Positions 1-9,952 are shown, counted from the stretch's first letter. The stretch is 64,000 nt of DNA from Promethearchaeota archaeon (GCA_048941285.1 JBHLNS010000010.1:1-64000); one strand, 5' to 3'. Notes: generated by a model from the sequence alone, not told the origin. Program-made: numbers and translations.

Positions 1-390
1 TCATGGGAATGGATGGGCTTGATATATGAAGCTAAAGAAGATTATGATAATGCTCTTAAAAATATAAATAATTCAGTAAAGATTGACTCTAATTTTGCTG
101 ATGGTTGGTACAATTTGGGTAATGTACACAAACTCAGAAACGAGTTTGATAAAGCTATTGAGAGTTATAATAAAGCAACTGAGATAAATCCTGAATTCGC
201 GAAGGCATGGTTCTTTAAGGGAATAGCATATTTTGATAAAAGAGATTATAATAATGCCATTCTAAATATCGAAAAGGCAATTAAAATAGACCCCACTTTT
301 GGAAAAGATTTAAACGCCCAGGTAAAAGATTTTAAAAAGGTAATTGAAAATCTTAAAGAAACTCTTTCTTTATCATTTCTTAATAAATAA
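1..390 (+). CDS. TPR-repeat protein, C-terminal part (5' truncated by window edge)
   Basis: Three 34-aa TPR-like repeats (WYNLGNVH...KAIESYNKATEINPEFAKAWFFKG); frame is open back to position 1. Confidence 0.85.
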   Translation, partial: SWEWMGLIYEAKEDYDNALKNINNSVKIDSNFADGWYNLGNVHKLRNEFDKAIESYNKATEINPEFAKAWFFKGIAYFDKRDYNNAILNIEKAIKIDPTFGKDLNAQVKDFKKVIENLKETLSLSFLNK

Positions 391-408
391 CTATTTTATT
401 AAATATTA

Positions 409-786
409 TTATTTTAGATAGATTAAATCATCATCAATAATTTTGGGATATTCATGGAATTCTTTTTGTAATGCTAAGAATTCTTTTTTAAACTTTTCAA
501 GAAGTCTTATATTCTCCGAAAGTAAAGAAAGAAATTTAGATCCATCTTCATAGCCACCATTTACCGTTATAAACTCCAATTCCATCTTAGGGAAGGATTT
601 ATATAAAATATTAAAAAAACTACGAATTATCCTTTTAGGACTTGGATATGAGGTATTATTCATAGGTTCGAAGCACTTAATTTCAGGTTTAAAACTTTCT
701 CGTATTACTCCGTCATACATACAGCCCATATTATTATACCACTTGCAAAGTCGACATATGGGTGGTGCTGGTACTCCATTTCTCAT
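409..786 (-). CDS. Hypothetical protein with N-terminal Cys cluster (CxxC-x7-C...C), possible metal binding
   Basis: 125-aa ORF with CRLCKWYNNMGC...C; no family recognised. Confidence 0.55.
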   Translation of the reverse strand: MRNGVPAPPICRLCKWYNNMGCMYDGVIRESFKPEIKCFEPMNNTSYPSPKRIIRSFFNILYKSFPKMELEFITVNGGYEDGSKFLSLLSENIRLLEKFKKEFLALQKEFHEYPKIIDDDLIYLK

Positions 787-1295
787 ATTAGTTACTGTTT
801 CGAAATCTTCTGATATTATATTAAAAATTTAATTTATATTAAAAATATACACTTAAGTTCCTAGAATTCTTCGGGTTCATCATAGTATTTAATAGTGACT
901 AATGTATATGATTAAAAAAATCAATAATCATTATTTAAAACTTGAGAGTTAATTTAGGTCTTGTTTTATTAATAGGTCTATTTCATAATATCTAAACAGA
1001 TTTAAATATCTGGAGAATTTAATGAATGTTTATTAATTTTTGGTAAGAAAAGAAGAGGGTATTATGGTATGCCAACATGTTTGGATTTGCACATTGTTTA
1101 TTCTTAGAATAAGAGTCCGTTTAAAAAGTAGAATGTAAAATTGTTAATTTCTATATGATCAGTTTTTTTTGAACTGTACTTTTTCTTAAGTTCTCTTTCT
1201 TTATGTTTAGTTCTTGCTATTCAATTTTAACATACTATTTAATATTTTATATTATATTCTTTAATTGACTTGATTTAGAAAAAGGGAAAAAAACA

Positions 1296-2909
1296 TTATT
1301 CGATTTTAGTTAAGTGTCTTAAACCCATAAAGAATAAGGGAATAGAAATCGCAAGATGAATGGAAATGAATAATATAGTAGGTGTTAATTCCCAAGCAAT
1401 GATTTCGGGTAATATTTCGCCCAACCAAATCATTAAAAATATGAAACCAGTAAGTACTCCCATTTGGATACTCATAAGTTTAAACATGTTCAATCCCATA
1501 TATTTTCCCTTTTCTTCAAAAGCAGGACTAAATCCTTGTATTCCAATTGCTTCAATCAATACCATTATCCCATACGATAGATAAGATATGAAAAAAACAG
1601 CTACATAAAAGGCATCAAATTGAAATAGGATAGTAAAGAATACAGTTACAACCGAAGCTAATATTATATTTATAATAAACATCGCTATAATGTAGGAATA
1701 AACGAGACTATTAACATTTCTAGGACTACGTTTATACACCCATAATAAATCTTTACTCCCAACAAAGATGAAATTCCCTAGCATAATCCCATAAAGCAAT
1801 CCTCCCATGAAAACCACCATCACCACTTTAAATCCTCCTGATATGAAATCGTTAGCAGCTCCACCTACAGAAAATGAAAAAATTAATCCATAGACACAAG
1901 TAATCCCTCCTAAATAAACTAATTTCATAATGTTTTCCTTTTTTCGAAAAAATTCCTTGAATTGAGTGATTACTAGACCCTCCCATTTTACACCTATAAG
2001 CCGTCTATTGAATTTATAAAAGAAATTTTCTTTTTCTATAATAGAACTCACTTTCTCAACTCCCCCTTCTAGGCTGTAGAAGAGATCTGCTTTTTTGTAA
2101 GAAAAGTATAAGATTAATAAAGGTACGAGAATTGCTAGAGCTAAACTCATCCATATATTTAAGATATATATATTTAATAATCCAGGATCAAAAGTATAGA
2201 GTATTATATTAGAAAACCAAAGAGATGGATACCAAATAAAATAATTTTTTAGCTCTGGATTTTCCAAAATGAATTGAAAACCAAATTGTAAAGAATAAAT
2301 GAGAGCAACCATTCCAATTGTAAGTAGAATCAATAAAACCTTAGCATAATCTCGTGCTTTTTCACTTTTAGCAATCTTATGTTCCAGCCAACTCATAATT
2401 ATACTGCCAATTAACGTGGCTAAAAATACTAGCCCAAATACACATAGATAAATTGCCAGAGTCTGGATAAGCGACAAGTTAATAATTGGATTCAACATAT
2501 TTACAAAAATAGGTGTGAGAGCAAATACAAACGAGAATAGAATGGGTATTTTTCCAAAGAGCTCTCCCAAAAAGATATCTCCTGCACTAGTTGGAGATGC
2601 CAACAGAATTTCTTTAAATCCAATCTCAGTTTTACGATATACATTATTAAGAGGATACATCATAAGTGCAATAAAGAAGATCATCATTATGTGTTCTATA
2701 ATCATCGCAATAGAAGGAATTAAAATTGTAGAAATTTCCTCCATCCCAGCTAAGGTAGGCATAAATTGGTCAAAAATCAAGGGACATAGATAAAACGCCC
2801 AAAAGATTAGGAAAGAATATAACACTAAGAAAAATGCTAATCTGTTTTTTCGAAATTTTGAAGTTCTAACTCTGATTTCATTTTTAGCAATTTTCGTCCA
2901 CAAAGCCAT
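1296..2909 (-). CDS. ABC exporter permease (about 12 TM, two ABC-2-like halves)
   Basis: Highly hydrophobic; LLASPTSAGDIFLGE ABC-2 permease-like motif; 6 nt from the ABC ATPase; paralog of 28158-29837. Confidence 0.8.
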   Translation of the reverse strand: MALWTKIAKNEIRVRTSKFRKNRLAFFLVLYSFLIFWAFYLCPLIFDQFMPTLAGMEEISTILIPSIAMIIEHIMMIFFIALMMYPLNNVYRKTEIGFKEILLASPTSAGDIFLGELFGKIPILFSFVFALTPIFVNMLNPIINLSLIQTLAIYLCVFGLVFLATLIGSIIMSWLEHKIAKSEKARDYAKVLLILLTIGMVALIYSLQFGFQFILENPELKNYFIWYPSLWFSNIILYTFDPGLLNIYILNIWMSLALAILVPLLILYFSYKKADLFYSLEGGVEKVSSIIEKENFFYKFNRRLIGVKWEGLVITQFKEFFRKKENIMKLVYLGGITCVYGLIFSFSVGGAANDFISGGFKVVMVVFMGGLLYGIMLGNFIFVGSKDLLWVYKRSPRNVNSLVYSYIIAMFIINIILASVVTVFFTILFQFDAFYVAVFFISYLSYGIMVLIEAIGIQGFSPAFEEKGKYMGLNMFKLMSIQMGVLTGFIFLMIWLGEILPEIIAWELTPTILFISIHLAISIPLFFMGLRHLTKIE

Positions 2910-2915
2910 GGTACA

Positions 2916-3731
2916 TCACTTCCTTTTCCTTTTCTTTTTTCTATTGGGAAATTCACTTGTAGGACCATTTTCACGCCACGATAATAAGTCTTCTAAATGT
3001 TTTACCCCCATAATTTTAAGGTAAGCATCTTCTAAGTCTTCTGCGTTTTGAGATGTAATAATTTCATTCGGACTCCCTTCCAATTTTAAAGTTCCTTTAT
3101 CAATTATGCCTATGATATCGCATAATTCTTCAGCTGCATCAAGCAGATGAGTACAGATAAAAATAGTTTTATCTGCTTTCTTCGTTAAATCTGATATAAG
3201 ATCTTTAACCATTCTCGCTGCTGCAGGATCTAGATTAGATGTAGGTTCATCCAAAAAAATAATCTTGGGATCCTGAATTAAAGCTGCGCAGAGACAAACC
3301 TTTTGTTTCATTCCGCGTGAATATCCTTCAAGTAAGTCGTTTTCTCGCCCTTCAAGATCGAATATTTCAAGGAGCTCATCAATACGACTCGAAATAGTTG
3401 CTTTCGGTAAATAATACAATTCACCGATAAACTCCAAGAATTCTTTTGCAGTTAATTTTTGATATAATCCAGGAGATTCTGGTAGAAATCCACAAATCAT
3501 TTTCACATCATTTGCTTGAGTGAGAATATCATAACCCCCTATTGAAGCTGTACCATTTGAGGGGGAAATAATTGCATTTAACATCCTAACTGTGGTGGTT
3601 TTCCCAGCGCCATTAGGCCCTAAGAGCCCATAGGTGCTTCCATAGGGAATCTCAATATTTAAATCTCTTACAGCTACAATATCACCAAAATTCTTTGTGA
3701 GATCTTTGGTTTCTATTGCCAATTCTTCCAT
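2916..3731 (-). CDS. ABC transporter ATP-binding protein (drug/peptide exporter type)
   Basis: Walker A GPNGAGKT, signature YSRGMKQK, Walker B IIFLDEPT, H-loop CTH. Confidence 0.95.
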   Translation of the reverse strand: MEELAIETKDLTKNFGDIVAVRDLNIEIPYGSTYGLLGPNGAGKTTTVRMLNAIISPSNGTASIGGYDILTQANDVKMICGFLPESPGLYQKLTAKEFLEFIGELYYLPKATISSRIDELLEIFDLEGRENDLLEGYSRGMKQKVCLCAALIQDPKIIFLDEPTSNLDPAAARMVKDLISDLTKKADKTIFICTHLLDAAEELCDIIGIIDKGTLKLEGSPNEIITSQNAEDLEDAYLKIMGVKHLEDLLSWRENGPTSEFPNRKKKRKRK

Positions 3732-3789
3732 TCTATTTTTTACACTTCCTAAATTTTTATTTTATTTTATTTTTTATAGCTTTTTAATA

Positions 3790-4203
3790 CTAAACTTCTT
3801 TCTGGAATAAATCTTCAAATTTTACTCTTAGAACTTTACAGATATTATACAATTCGTTCTCTGTGAAGAATTTTAATATGTCATCTTCATCTATTTTTTT
3901 TAACTTAATTATTCGTTCAGGTTTAATACCTGTTTCCTCTGACATTTTTTCTATTTCGTCAAGAGTTTTACTTCCTAATAAATCTGTTATAACTGGTTCT
4001 TGATAAAAAATTAACTCCAATGGTTTCTGAAAAATTTCTGTTAATTTAAAAGATAATGTCAGAGAAGGGTTATAATCGCCTTTTTCTAGATAATAAATTG
4101 TTTGGCGGGAAACACCTACCCTATCGGCTAACTGTTGCTGAGTGAGACCAATATCTTCTCTATACTCTTTCACATTTGACTTAATTCTTTTTACAAACTT
4201 CAG
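3790..4203 (-). CDS. XRE/Cro-CI family HTH regulator with C-terminal extension; probable start CTG at 4203 (ORF track uses GTG 4173)
   Basis: LTQQQLADRVGVSRQTIYYLEKGDYNPSL HTH_3 motif; frame is open upstream (LKFVKRIKSNVKEYRE) with GGTGAG 6 nt before the CTG. Confidence 0.85.
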   Translation of the reverse strand: MKFVKRIKSNVKEYREDIGLTQQQLADRVGVSRQTIYYLEKGDYNPSLTLSFKLTEIFQKPLELIFYQEPVITDLLGSKTLDEIEKMSEETGIKPERIIKLKKIDEDDILKFFTENELYNICKVLRVKFEDLFQKEV

Positions 4204-4253
4204 ATGCTTCTCACCAGAATTTGTATTTAAAATTAAAATATTTAAAAAAAAAT

Positions 4254-5087
4254 TTATTCGGATAATTTAAAGAGATCCTCAATCTTACACTTTAAAACTT
4301 CTGAAATTTTCATTGCTAATGCTAGACTTGGATTATATCGTCCCTCTTCTAAGTAGTTTATTGTTTGAACGGGAACACCTACTTTTTCAGCTAATATTGC
4401 GGCAGTCAGCTTGCTGTTTTCTCTCTTTTCCTTTATTGTAGTTTTTAAATACTCACCTTCTCGCATTTTTGAAAGGATGTAACTAATAAAATTATCGAAT
4501 GCAAGTTCTTCAGGTTTAAAGATTTTATCCTCTAAACCACTTGGAATTTGAGAATATTTTGTCATCATTTCTTTTATCTTGTTCTCTATTATGTAAGGAT
4601 CCTCAAGTCCTGGAATCAGACCTTCGGGTCGAATATAACCTCCCCCACCTCCCCCACCTGTACCACTAGCTCCAGCAGTCTCTACTTTTACAGTATAGAT
4701 GTTAAATATTCTATCGAAAACACCATTAGCAATATTTATATTTTGAACTCGAGTATAAGGAATTGTTACTCTTTTTTTTGTAAAAACTCCATGACTAATA
4801 ATAATGTTATTTTCTAATACTTCAAAAGAATACTGTTTTACATATTTAGCAAGATACCAAATTGAAAAAAGTAAAACAATAACATAGGGCAGCAATACAG
4901 AGTAAAATGTCAGCCAAAGAAACATATTGAATGTAAAAAATGTTGGTTCGAAAAAGTTCATTCCCCAATATGTCAAGATCATCGGTAATGCATAGAAGAT
5001 AATATAACCGAAAGTAATTTTAAGAATTGTTTTTTTCGTATAATTTCGAGAAATGCCACCTTGATACGCAAAATCTTTTTGACTCAT
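4254..5087 (-). CDS. Membrane protein: 2 TM + bacterial PH (bPH_2/YdbS-like) domain + C-terminal XRE HTH
   Basis: IIISHGVFTKKRVTIPYTRVQNINI..G.FDRIFNIYTVKVETAG is bPH_2-like; LAEKVGVPVQTINYLEEGRYNPSLALA is XRE HTH. Confidence 0.85.
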   Translation of the reverse strand: MSQKDFAYQGGISRNYTKKTILKITFGYIIFYALPMILTYWGMNFFEPTFFTFNMFLWLTFYSVLLPYVIVLLFSIWYLAKYVKQYSFEVLENNIIISHGVFTKKRVTIPYTRVQNINIANGVFDRIFNIYTVKVETAGASGTGGGGGGGYIRPEGLIPGLEDPYIIENKIKEMMTKYSQIPSGLEDKIFKPEELAFDNFISYILSKMREGEYLKTTIKEKRENSKLTAAILAEKVGVPVQTINYLEEGRYNPSLALAMKISEVLKCKIEDLFKLSE

Positions 5088-5164
5088 TTTATTTTTCCTC
5101 CATTTTATTTTAATTATTTTTTTATGTAAACTATAATTGTACTAAAATTTTGGTTTTTTAAATC

Positions 5165-5227
5165 TCAAAATATAATATTTTGAAATTTTGCTTGCTTATG
5201 TAATGTTTATTTACATTCATATTTAAA
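5165..5227 (-). promoter_or_regulatory. Putative promoter/operator of the bPH-HTH/XRE/ABC operon
   Basis: TTTAAA box at 5222-5227, followed on the minus strand by ATGTAA-N7-TTACAT (5198-5216) and the palindrome TCAAAATAT-A-ATATTTTGA (5165-5183). Confidence 0.45.
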
Positions 5228-5600
5228 CTTATCGATCATTATTCGCAATTCTGGTTTAGAGGGTTTTATATCTTGTTTTCATTCATGTTAAATGAACTTT
5301 ACATTATAATTAATTTAAATACCCTTATGAAATTAGCATCCAACACCTTAAACTGGTTTATTTTCTAAATATTGTTCAATCGAAACCCAAAAACTTAAAT
5401 TCAAATTCAAATATTTTTTTGAAATGTTCAATCAAAAGATTAATTAAGGATATTTTGTTCATTTTTTTAAGGAAATTATGTGAATATAGTAGCTTATTTT
5501 TTGTCGCTTCGTTATTTACAATAGTGGGAAATTAAGGGGAAAATTTAAATAGACAAAAGAGATATTATTATTAATAAATATTAAAATTAAAAAATTGATT

Positions 5601-5635
5601 AATCGTTCAGATTATAAAATTATAATCTGACGATT
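5601..5635. promoter_or_regulatory. Inverted repeat upstream of the small Cys protein (operator or RNA hairpin)
   Basis: TCAGATTATAA-AA-TTATAATCTGA (5607-5630), extended by AATCG/CGATT with one bulge; lies just before the AAGGTGA RBS. Confidence 0.5.
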
Positions 5636-5663
5636 TGTTCAATGAAGGTGATTAACAAAAAAA

Positions 5664-5849
5664 ATGAATAAATTCCCTTGTGGCGTTAAACATAATTTTA
5701 ATACGGGAGTTATAATTAAAAGTGATGATCGTAAAAATTATGAGTGGAATTGTTCCACCTGCGAAATGAAGGAAATAATTCTTGCTAAGGACCTTGAAGA
5801 TTTTAAGAAAAGTGAAAAAGTTGTTTGTCCTCTATTGTCTTATGAATAA
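5664..5849 (+). CDS. Small Cys-rich protein (putative Zn-binding microprotein)
   Basis: 61 aa, C-x3-H...CSTC...C; AAGGTGA upstream; T-rich terminator-like tract after the stop. Confidence 0.6.
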   Translation: MNKFPCGVKHNFNTGVIIKSDDRKNYEWNCSTCEMKEIILAKDLEDFKKSEKVVCPLLSYE

Positions 5850-5894
5850 AAAATTTTTTATATATAATTTTTTTCTTTTCTAATTTTAATCTAA

Positions 5895-7163
5895 TCACAT
5901 AAGTAACGCTTTAAAGAATTTTGGGCTCAATGTTACTTTCGAAAGAGTAGAAAGTTTAGAAAACCATTTTTCTCCCACAAATCTGTCGTTACTTGTATTA
6001 TGTGTAGAAAGATCTTGATTTATATATGCCTCATAAATATATTTTCTTGCTAAGCTATTTTCACTAAGTAGTTCTGTATACAAACGCCATAATGATTTTA
6101 CATAAGAACCTTCATTATATATTAAGTATTCCAAAGCATTACCATTCTTGAAATATGTAAATAGAACCCGTTTGACTTCTATATCATATTTACTTAATTC
6201 AGATCTTGTAAAATTACTATCTTTTTCTAATAACGGTTTTAATGTTTTAGCTGCTATATCTCCAGTTGCTACTCCTGGTAGCATACCTTCATAAAAAAAA
6301 GCAGTAACTAATCCCGCTGCTTCTCCAAGAACAAGAACACGATCATTTGAGAAGTTTTTAATAGGATGTTTGGATATTTCCCCTACTACAGCATTTGATA
6401 AATCATATTTCAGTCCGTCTACGAAATGTTGAATAGGTTTATAATTTTGTAAAATTCTATCGAGTTTAGATAGTATTTCTTGCTTTGATTCATTCTCTTT
6501 CCCTAGAAATCCAGTTGCTATTCTCTCTTTACCTTTATTAAAATAAAAAGGGCCGTTAATCGATATGTTAGGATTAATGTGAAATACATAGTTGTATTCT
6601 AAATTTTCATTTATTTTCTCTTCATTTCCAAACAAATGGATTAATGCGCCTGTATAATGGTCTGGAGTTTCAAATCCTAAAGAACGTTGCAAGTCGAATC
6701 CACGTGAACCTGTTGCAAGGGCTAAAAATTTTGTATTATATGATTCACCTTTGCTATTAATCAGTTCTAAATGGTCACTGCGTTTAGCTACTTTTGAAAT
6801 TCTTTCATTTGAATTGAATGTTCCTCCTTGTTGTTCGAGCTGATTAATAAGTTCTTTTATTATATTTTCAGTATGACAAATGTTTCCTAAAGGTTTTCCA
6901 AATTCAGTAGAATCAATAACACCATTAAACTCATCACTCATATAATTAGTTTTTGTGTGAAGGCAAGGAAAGATATCTTTATTATTCCAATCAATTTCTT
7001 CCTTGATAAAAGGCCGATTATGTTCTGGAAATACATTTGTTCTTATAGGTATTTCTTTCCTATAATCTTGAGCTTCAATTAGGAGTGTTTTTGCATATTT
7101 TGAAATTTTAGCAGCAAAAGTTGTACCAGCAATTCCAGCTCCAATGATAATAACATCATACAC
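5895..7163 (-). CDS. FAD-dependent oxidoreductase, geranylgeranyl reductase-like
   Basis: YDVIIIGAGIAG Rossmann motif, LATG, VLVLGEAAGLV...EGM. Confidence 0.8.
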   Translation of the reverse strand: MYDVIIIGAGIAGTTFAAKISKYAKTLLIEAQDYRKEIPIRTNVFPEHNRPFIKEEIDWNNKDIFPCLHTKTNYMSDEFNGVIDSTEFGKPLGNICHTENIIKELINQLEQQGGTFNSNERISKVAKRSDHLELINSKGESYNTKFLALATGSRGFDLQRSLGFETPDHYTGALIHLFGNEEKINENLEYNYVFHINPNISINGPFYFNKGKERIATGFLGKENESKQEILSKLDRILQNYKPIQHFVDGLKYDLSNAVVGEISKHPIKNFSNDRVLVLGEAAGLVTAFFYEGMLPGVATGDIAAKTLKPLLEKDSNFTRSELSKYDIEVKRVLFTYFKNGNALEYLIYNEGSYVKSLWRLYTELLSENSLARKYIYEAYINQDLSTHNTSNDRFVGEKWFSKLSTLSKVTLSPKFFKALLM

Positions 7164-7330
7164 GGTAAGTCAATTCTTATAAGTGAATATAATTTATTTG
7201 TTATAATCTACCTAATGTTTTTAATTTTTAGTTAAAAAGTTTTTATAGGTAGCACTTTCTAAAATAACATGAATAAAATATTTAAAAATCTAAATAAAAA
7301 TAAATCATTTAAAAATAAAGGTGGAAAATT

Positions 7331-9046
7331 ATAGGATTAAGATTAGCTTCGGGGCTTGCTATAACTGCGTTATTTGCATTGCTATATGCTGTTGTCTTTG
7401 TTATAGGTGTATGGTTTCTTCCTGCTTCAATATGGGGCCTACTTATTATGATTGCAATTACGATTGGAATGGTTTTATTCCAATATGGAATATCTCCACT
7501 GATCGTAGGATGGCTTTATCGAATTGACTGGATTCCATATGAGGAATTTGCATTAAAATACCCTCATTTAGCGGAATCTCTTGAAAAAGTTGTCGCATAT
7601 AATGGAATTAAGATGCCAAGACTCGGCTTTATTCATGATCTCAATCCAAATGCTTTTACATTTGGTTGGAGTAAAAATTCAGCAAGAGTTGTTCTAACTG
7701 ATGGAATATTGCACTATCTAAATAAGAAAGAACAAAATGCGGTATTTTCACATGAGTTAGGACATGTAGTTCATTCAGATTTTATACTAATGACAGTAGT
7801 ATTTGCCATTCCATTGCTTTTATTGACTGTTGCTCGTTGGGCATATTATGCCAGTTTATTTTCAAGAAGTAGTAGAAGTGATAGCGATGAGGCTTCTTAT
7901 CTTCGACTTGCTTTAATTGCGATTGCGGTTTTATCTTTTATCAGTTATTATCTAAGCTATTTGATATCGTTGATAGTTAGTAGGGTTCGGGAATATTATG
8001 CTGATGAGCATAGTGCAGAAGTCTTGCAAAATCCAAACGCACTAGCGACTGGCCTTGTTAAAATTGCTTATGGATTATTGGTTGATGCTAATATTGAAGA
8101 AAGAAAAAAATCGCGAGTACGAGCATTGAGAGGTTTAGGAATTTTCGATCCAGGTACAGCAAAAGGATTAGGGATTATTAGTGTTACAACAACTCAAACC
8201 TTATCAATGGAAGCAATTCAAAAAGCAGCTGCTTGGGATTTATATAATCCTTGGGCTAAATATTACCAGATGTTTTCAACACATCCTCTACCGGCAAAAA
8301 GAATTATGCGTTTGAATATGTTATGCGAGATCTATGGAATAAAACCAGAGATTGACTTTTCAGACGCTAAAAGATTGAAAGAAGAACAAGCGGGAAAGAC
8401 ATTATGGGATCAATTCTTATGGGATATTTTTATGAAGGCACTTCCCACCCTTGTCTTTTTTGCATTACTTGGAATTACAATTGTATGGCTAATAGATCTA
8501 GCGTTCAATGTTGGAGTGTATGATATCGCTTTTCTAACGCCTGTTTATGAGAATATGTGGCTTGTATGGGCTATTGGTTTCTATTTAATTGGATTCATGT
8601 CAATAATCAAGACTGGTTATATGTATAAAGGTGGCTTTGAAGATAAAACAGTATTAGATCTTGTAACCAATGTTAAAGTGAGTCCAATTAGAACGGTTCC
8701 TTCTTTTTTGGAAGGTAAGATTGTAGGAAGAGGTATCCCAGGTTATATTTTTAGTGAAGACATGTATTTCCAGGACAATACTGGTCTAATGTATGTAGAT
8801 TATCGATTTGGAATTGGTATTGCTGACTTAATTTTTTCTCTTAGGACAGTTAAACGGTTAATAGGACAAAAAGTTAGGATAAAAGGATGGTATAGACGAG
8901 GACCAAATCCTTATATTCAAGTAGATACGATATGGTCCGAATATGGTCGAAGGTATAGAAACTATTCAAAGGCATTTAGGTATGTTTGGGCAGTTGTAGC
9001 ATTCCTTATAGGAATTGTGTGTATATACTTCTGGTTCTTAGGTTAA
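7331..9046 (+). CDS. htpX: M48/HtpX zinc metalloprotease, long form with C-terminal TM and OB-fold-like region; probable ATA start at 7331 (track uses TTG 7379)
   Basis: PNAFTFG, HELGH (HEXXH), SRVREYYAD, STHP motifs; AGGTGG 6 nt upstream of an in-frame ATA. Confidence 0.85.
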   Translation: MGLRLASGLAITALFALLYAVVFVIGVWFLPASIWGLLIMIAITIGMVLFQYGISPLIVGWLYRIDWIPYEEFALKYPHLAESLEKVVAYNGIKMPRLGFIHDLNPNAFTFGWSKNSARVVLTDGILHYLNKKEQNAVFSHELGHVVHSDFILMTVVFAIPLLLLTVARWAYYASLFSRSSRSDSDEASYLRLALIAIAVLSFISYYLSYLISLIVSRVREYYADEHSAEVLQNPNALATGLVKIAYGLLVDANIEERKKSRVRALRGLGIFDPGTAKGLGIISVTTTQTLSMEAIQKAAAWDLYNPWAKYYQMFSTHPLPAKRIMRLNMLCEIYGIKPEIDFSDAKRLKEEQAGKTLWDQFLWDIFMKALPTLVFFALLGITIVWLIDLAFNVGVYDIAFLTPVYENMWLVWAIGFYLIGFMSIIKTGYMYKGGFEDKTVLDLVTNVKVSPIRTVPSFLEGKIVGRGIPGYIFSEDMYFQDNTGLMYVDYRFGIGIADLIFSLRTVKRLIGQKVRIKGWYRRGPNPYIQVDTIWSEYGRRYRNYSKAFRYVWAVVAFLIGIVCIYFWFLG

Positions 9047-9105
9047 AATCCAATCTAATATTTTTATTTTATCATCTATTTTTTTTATATTTTAGTATTA
9101 ATCAA

Positions 9106-9864
9106 TTAGATTATATTTGTTATCTTGTTTGCTATCTTCTTTAAATTCATATCAGCCATTCCTAAAGGTACCGTTGAGTCAAAAAGAACAACAACTAATA
9201 GGGGATCTAATTTCCATGGGATATCAATAACTTTAGAAAAGACTTTTTGCCCATTTTTCAAGCCATAATACATTTCTGGAAGATCCAATGCGCCTATCAT
9301 GTATCTGATTTCAAGTTCTTTCATAGAATTTACTAATATCTCATGCGGTAGTGAGGTATAAATAGTGTTTCCTTTAGTTGTTAGAAGTGCAGCCCCAAGA
9401 AGCTCATTTTCATACATCAATTCCTCAAAAACATCAATGACTTTCTTATAAAATGTTTTACTCATATATATCTCATCTTCTCCTCTGATTATTGAATCAA
9501 CGATTTGATCGAATTTATGGTTTTCAAGTTGCTCATAATCTCTTATTTGAGTAGTATCTGGATATTCCTCTATAAAAACATCCACTATTCTTTCTAATCG
9601 AGTACTCACAAATAAAAGACTCGCTGTTGAATCTGATAGTAAAGAAAAAATAAGATCTTGATGCACTTTAAAAACAAATCTCAACTCTCTCATTTCAAGA
9701 ATTTCAGGAGTTTTCCTTGAAATTACATTTTCAGAAAATGAAAATATTGCAGAAAAAAAAGGTGTGATCAAATTAACTTCCAAATTCTTAAAATCATCTG
9801 TAAAATTTCGACTGTAAATACAGGCCCCCGTTTTTTTTAAAATAAATAGAGAATGAATATTCAT
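9106..9864 (-). CDS. Longin-like domain fused to a roadblock/LC7-like domain (Asgard eukaryotic signature protein type)
   Basis: N-terminal IHSLFILKKTGACIYSRNF...LITPFFSAIFSFSE is a longin pattern; C-terminal LLGAALLTTKGNTIYTSL...LLVVVLFD is a roadblock/profilin-like pattern. Confidence 0.65.
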   Translation of the reverse strand: MNIHSLFILKKTGACIYSRNFTDDFKNLEVNLITPFFSAIFSFSENVISRKTPEILEMRELRFVFKVHQDLIFSLLSDSTASLLFVSTRLERIVDVFIEEYPDTTQIRDYEQLENHKFDQIVDSIIRGEDEIYMSKTFYKKVIDVFEELMYENELLGAALLTTKGNTIYTSLPHEILVNSMKELEIRYMIGALDLPEMYYGLKNGQKVFSKVIDIPWKLDPLLVVVLFDSTVPLGMADMNLKKIANKITNII

Positions 9865-9952
9865 TGAGAGTGAAACCTTAATACTTTTATAAGCTTAAAT
9901 ATAGAAATCCACTCTTTTAAGTATTTTTAATACAACTAATAATGAAAGATAT

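Noticed and set aside
1065-1139. 24-codon ORF MVCQHVWIC... in the 787-1295 gap
   Set aside because: Too short, no recognisable motif; the RBS-like GAGGGT alone is insufficient
7321-7527. Cys-rich 68-aa ORF resembling a RiPP precursor or metallothionein
   Set aside because: It is an alternative frame over the htpX 5' end; the Cys codons arise from shifted hydrophobic codons
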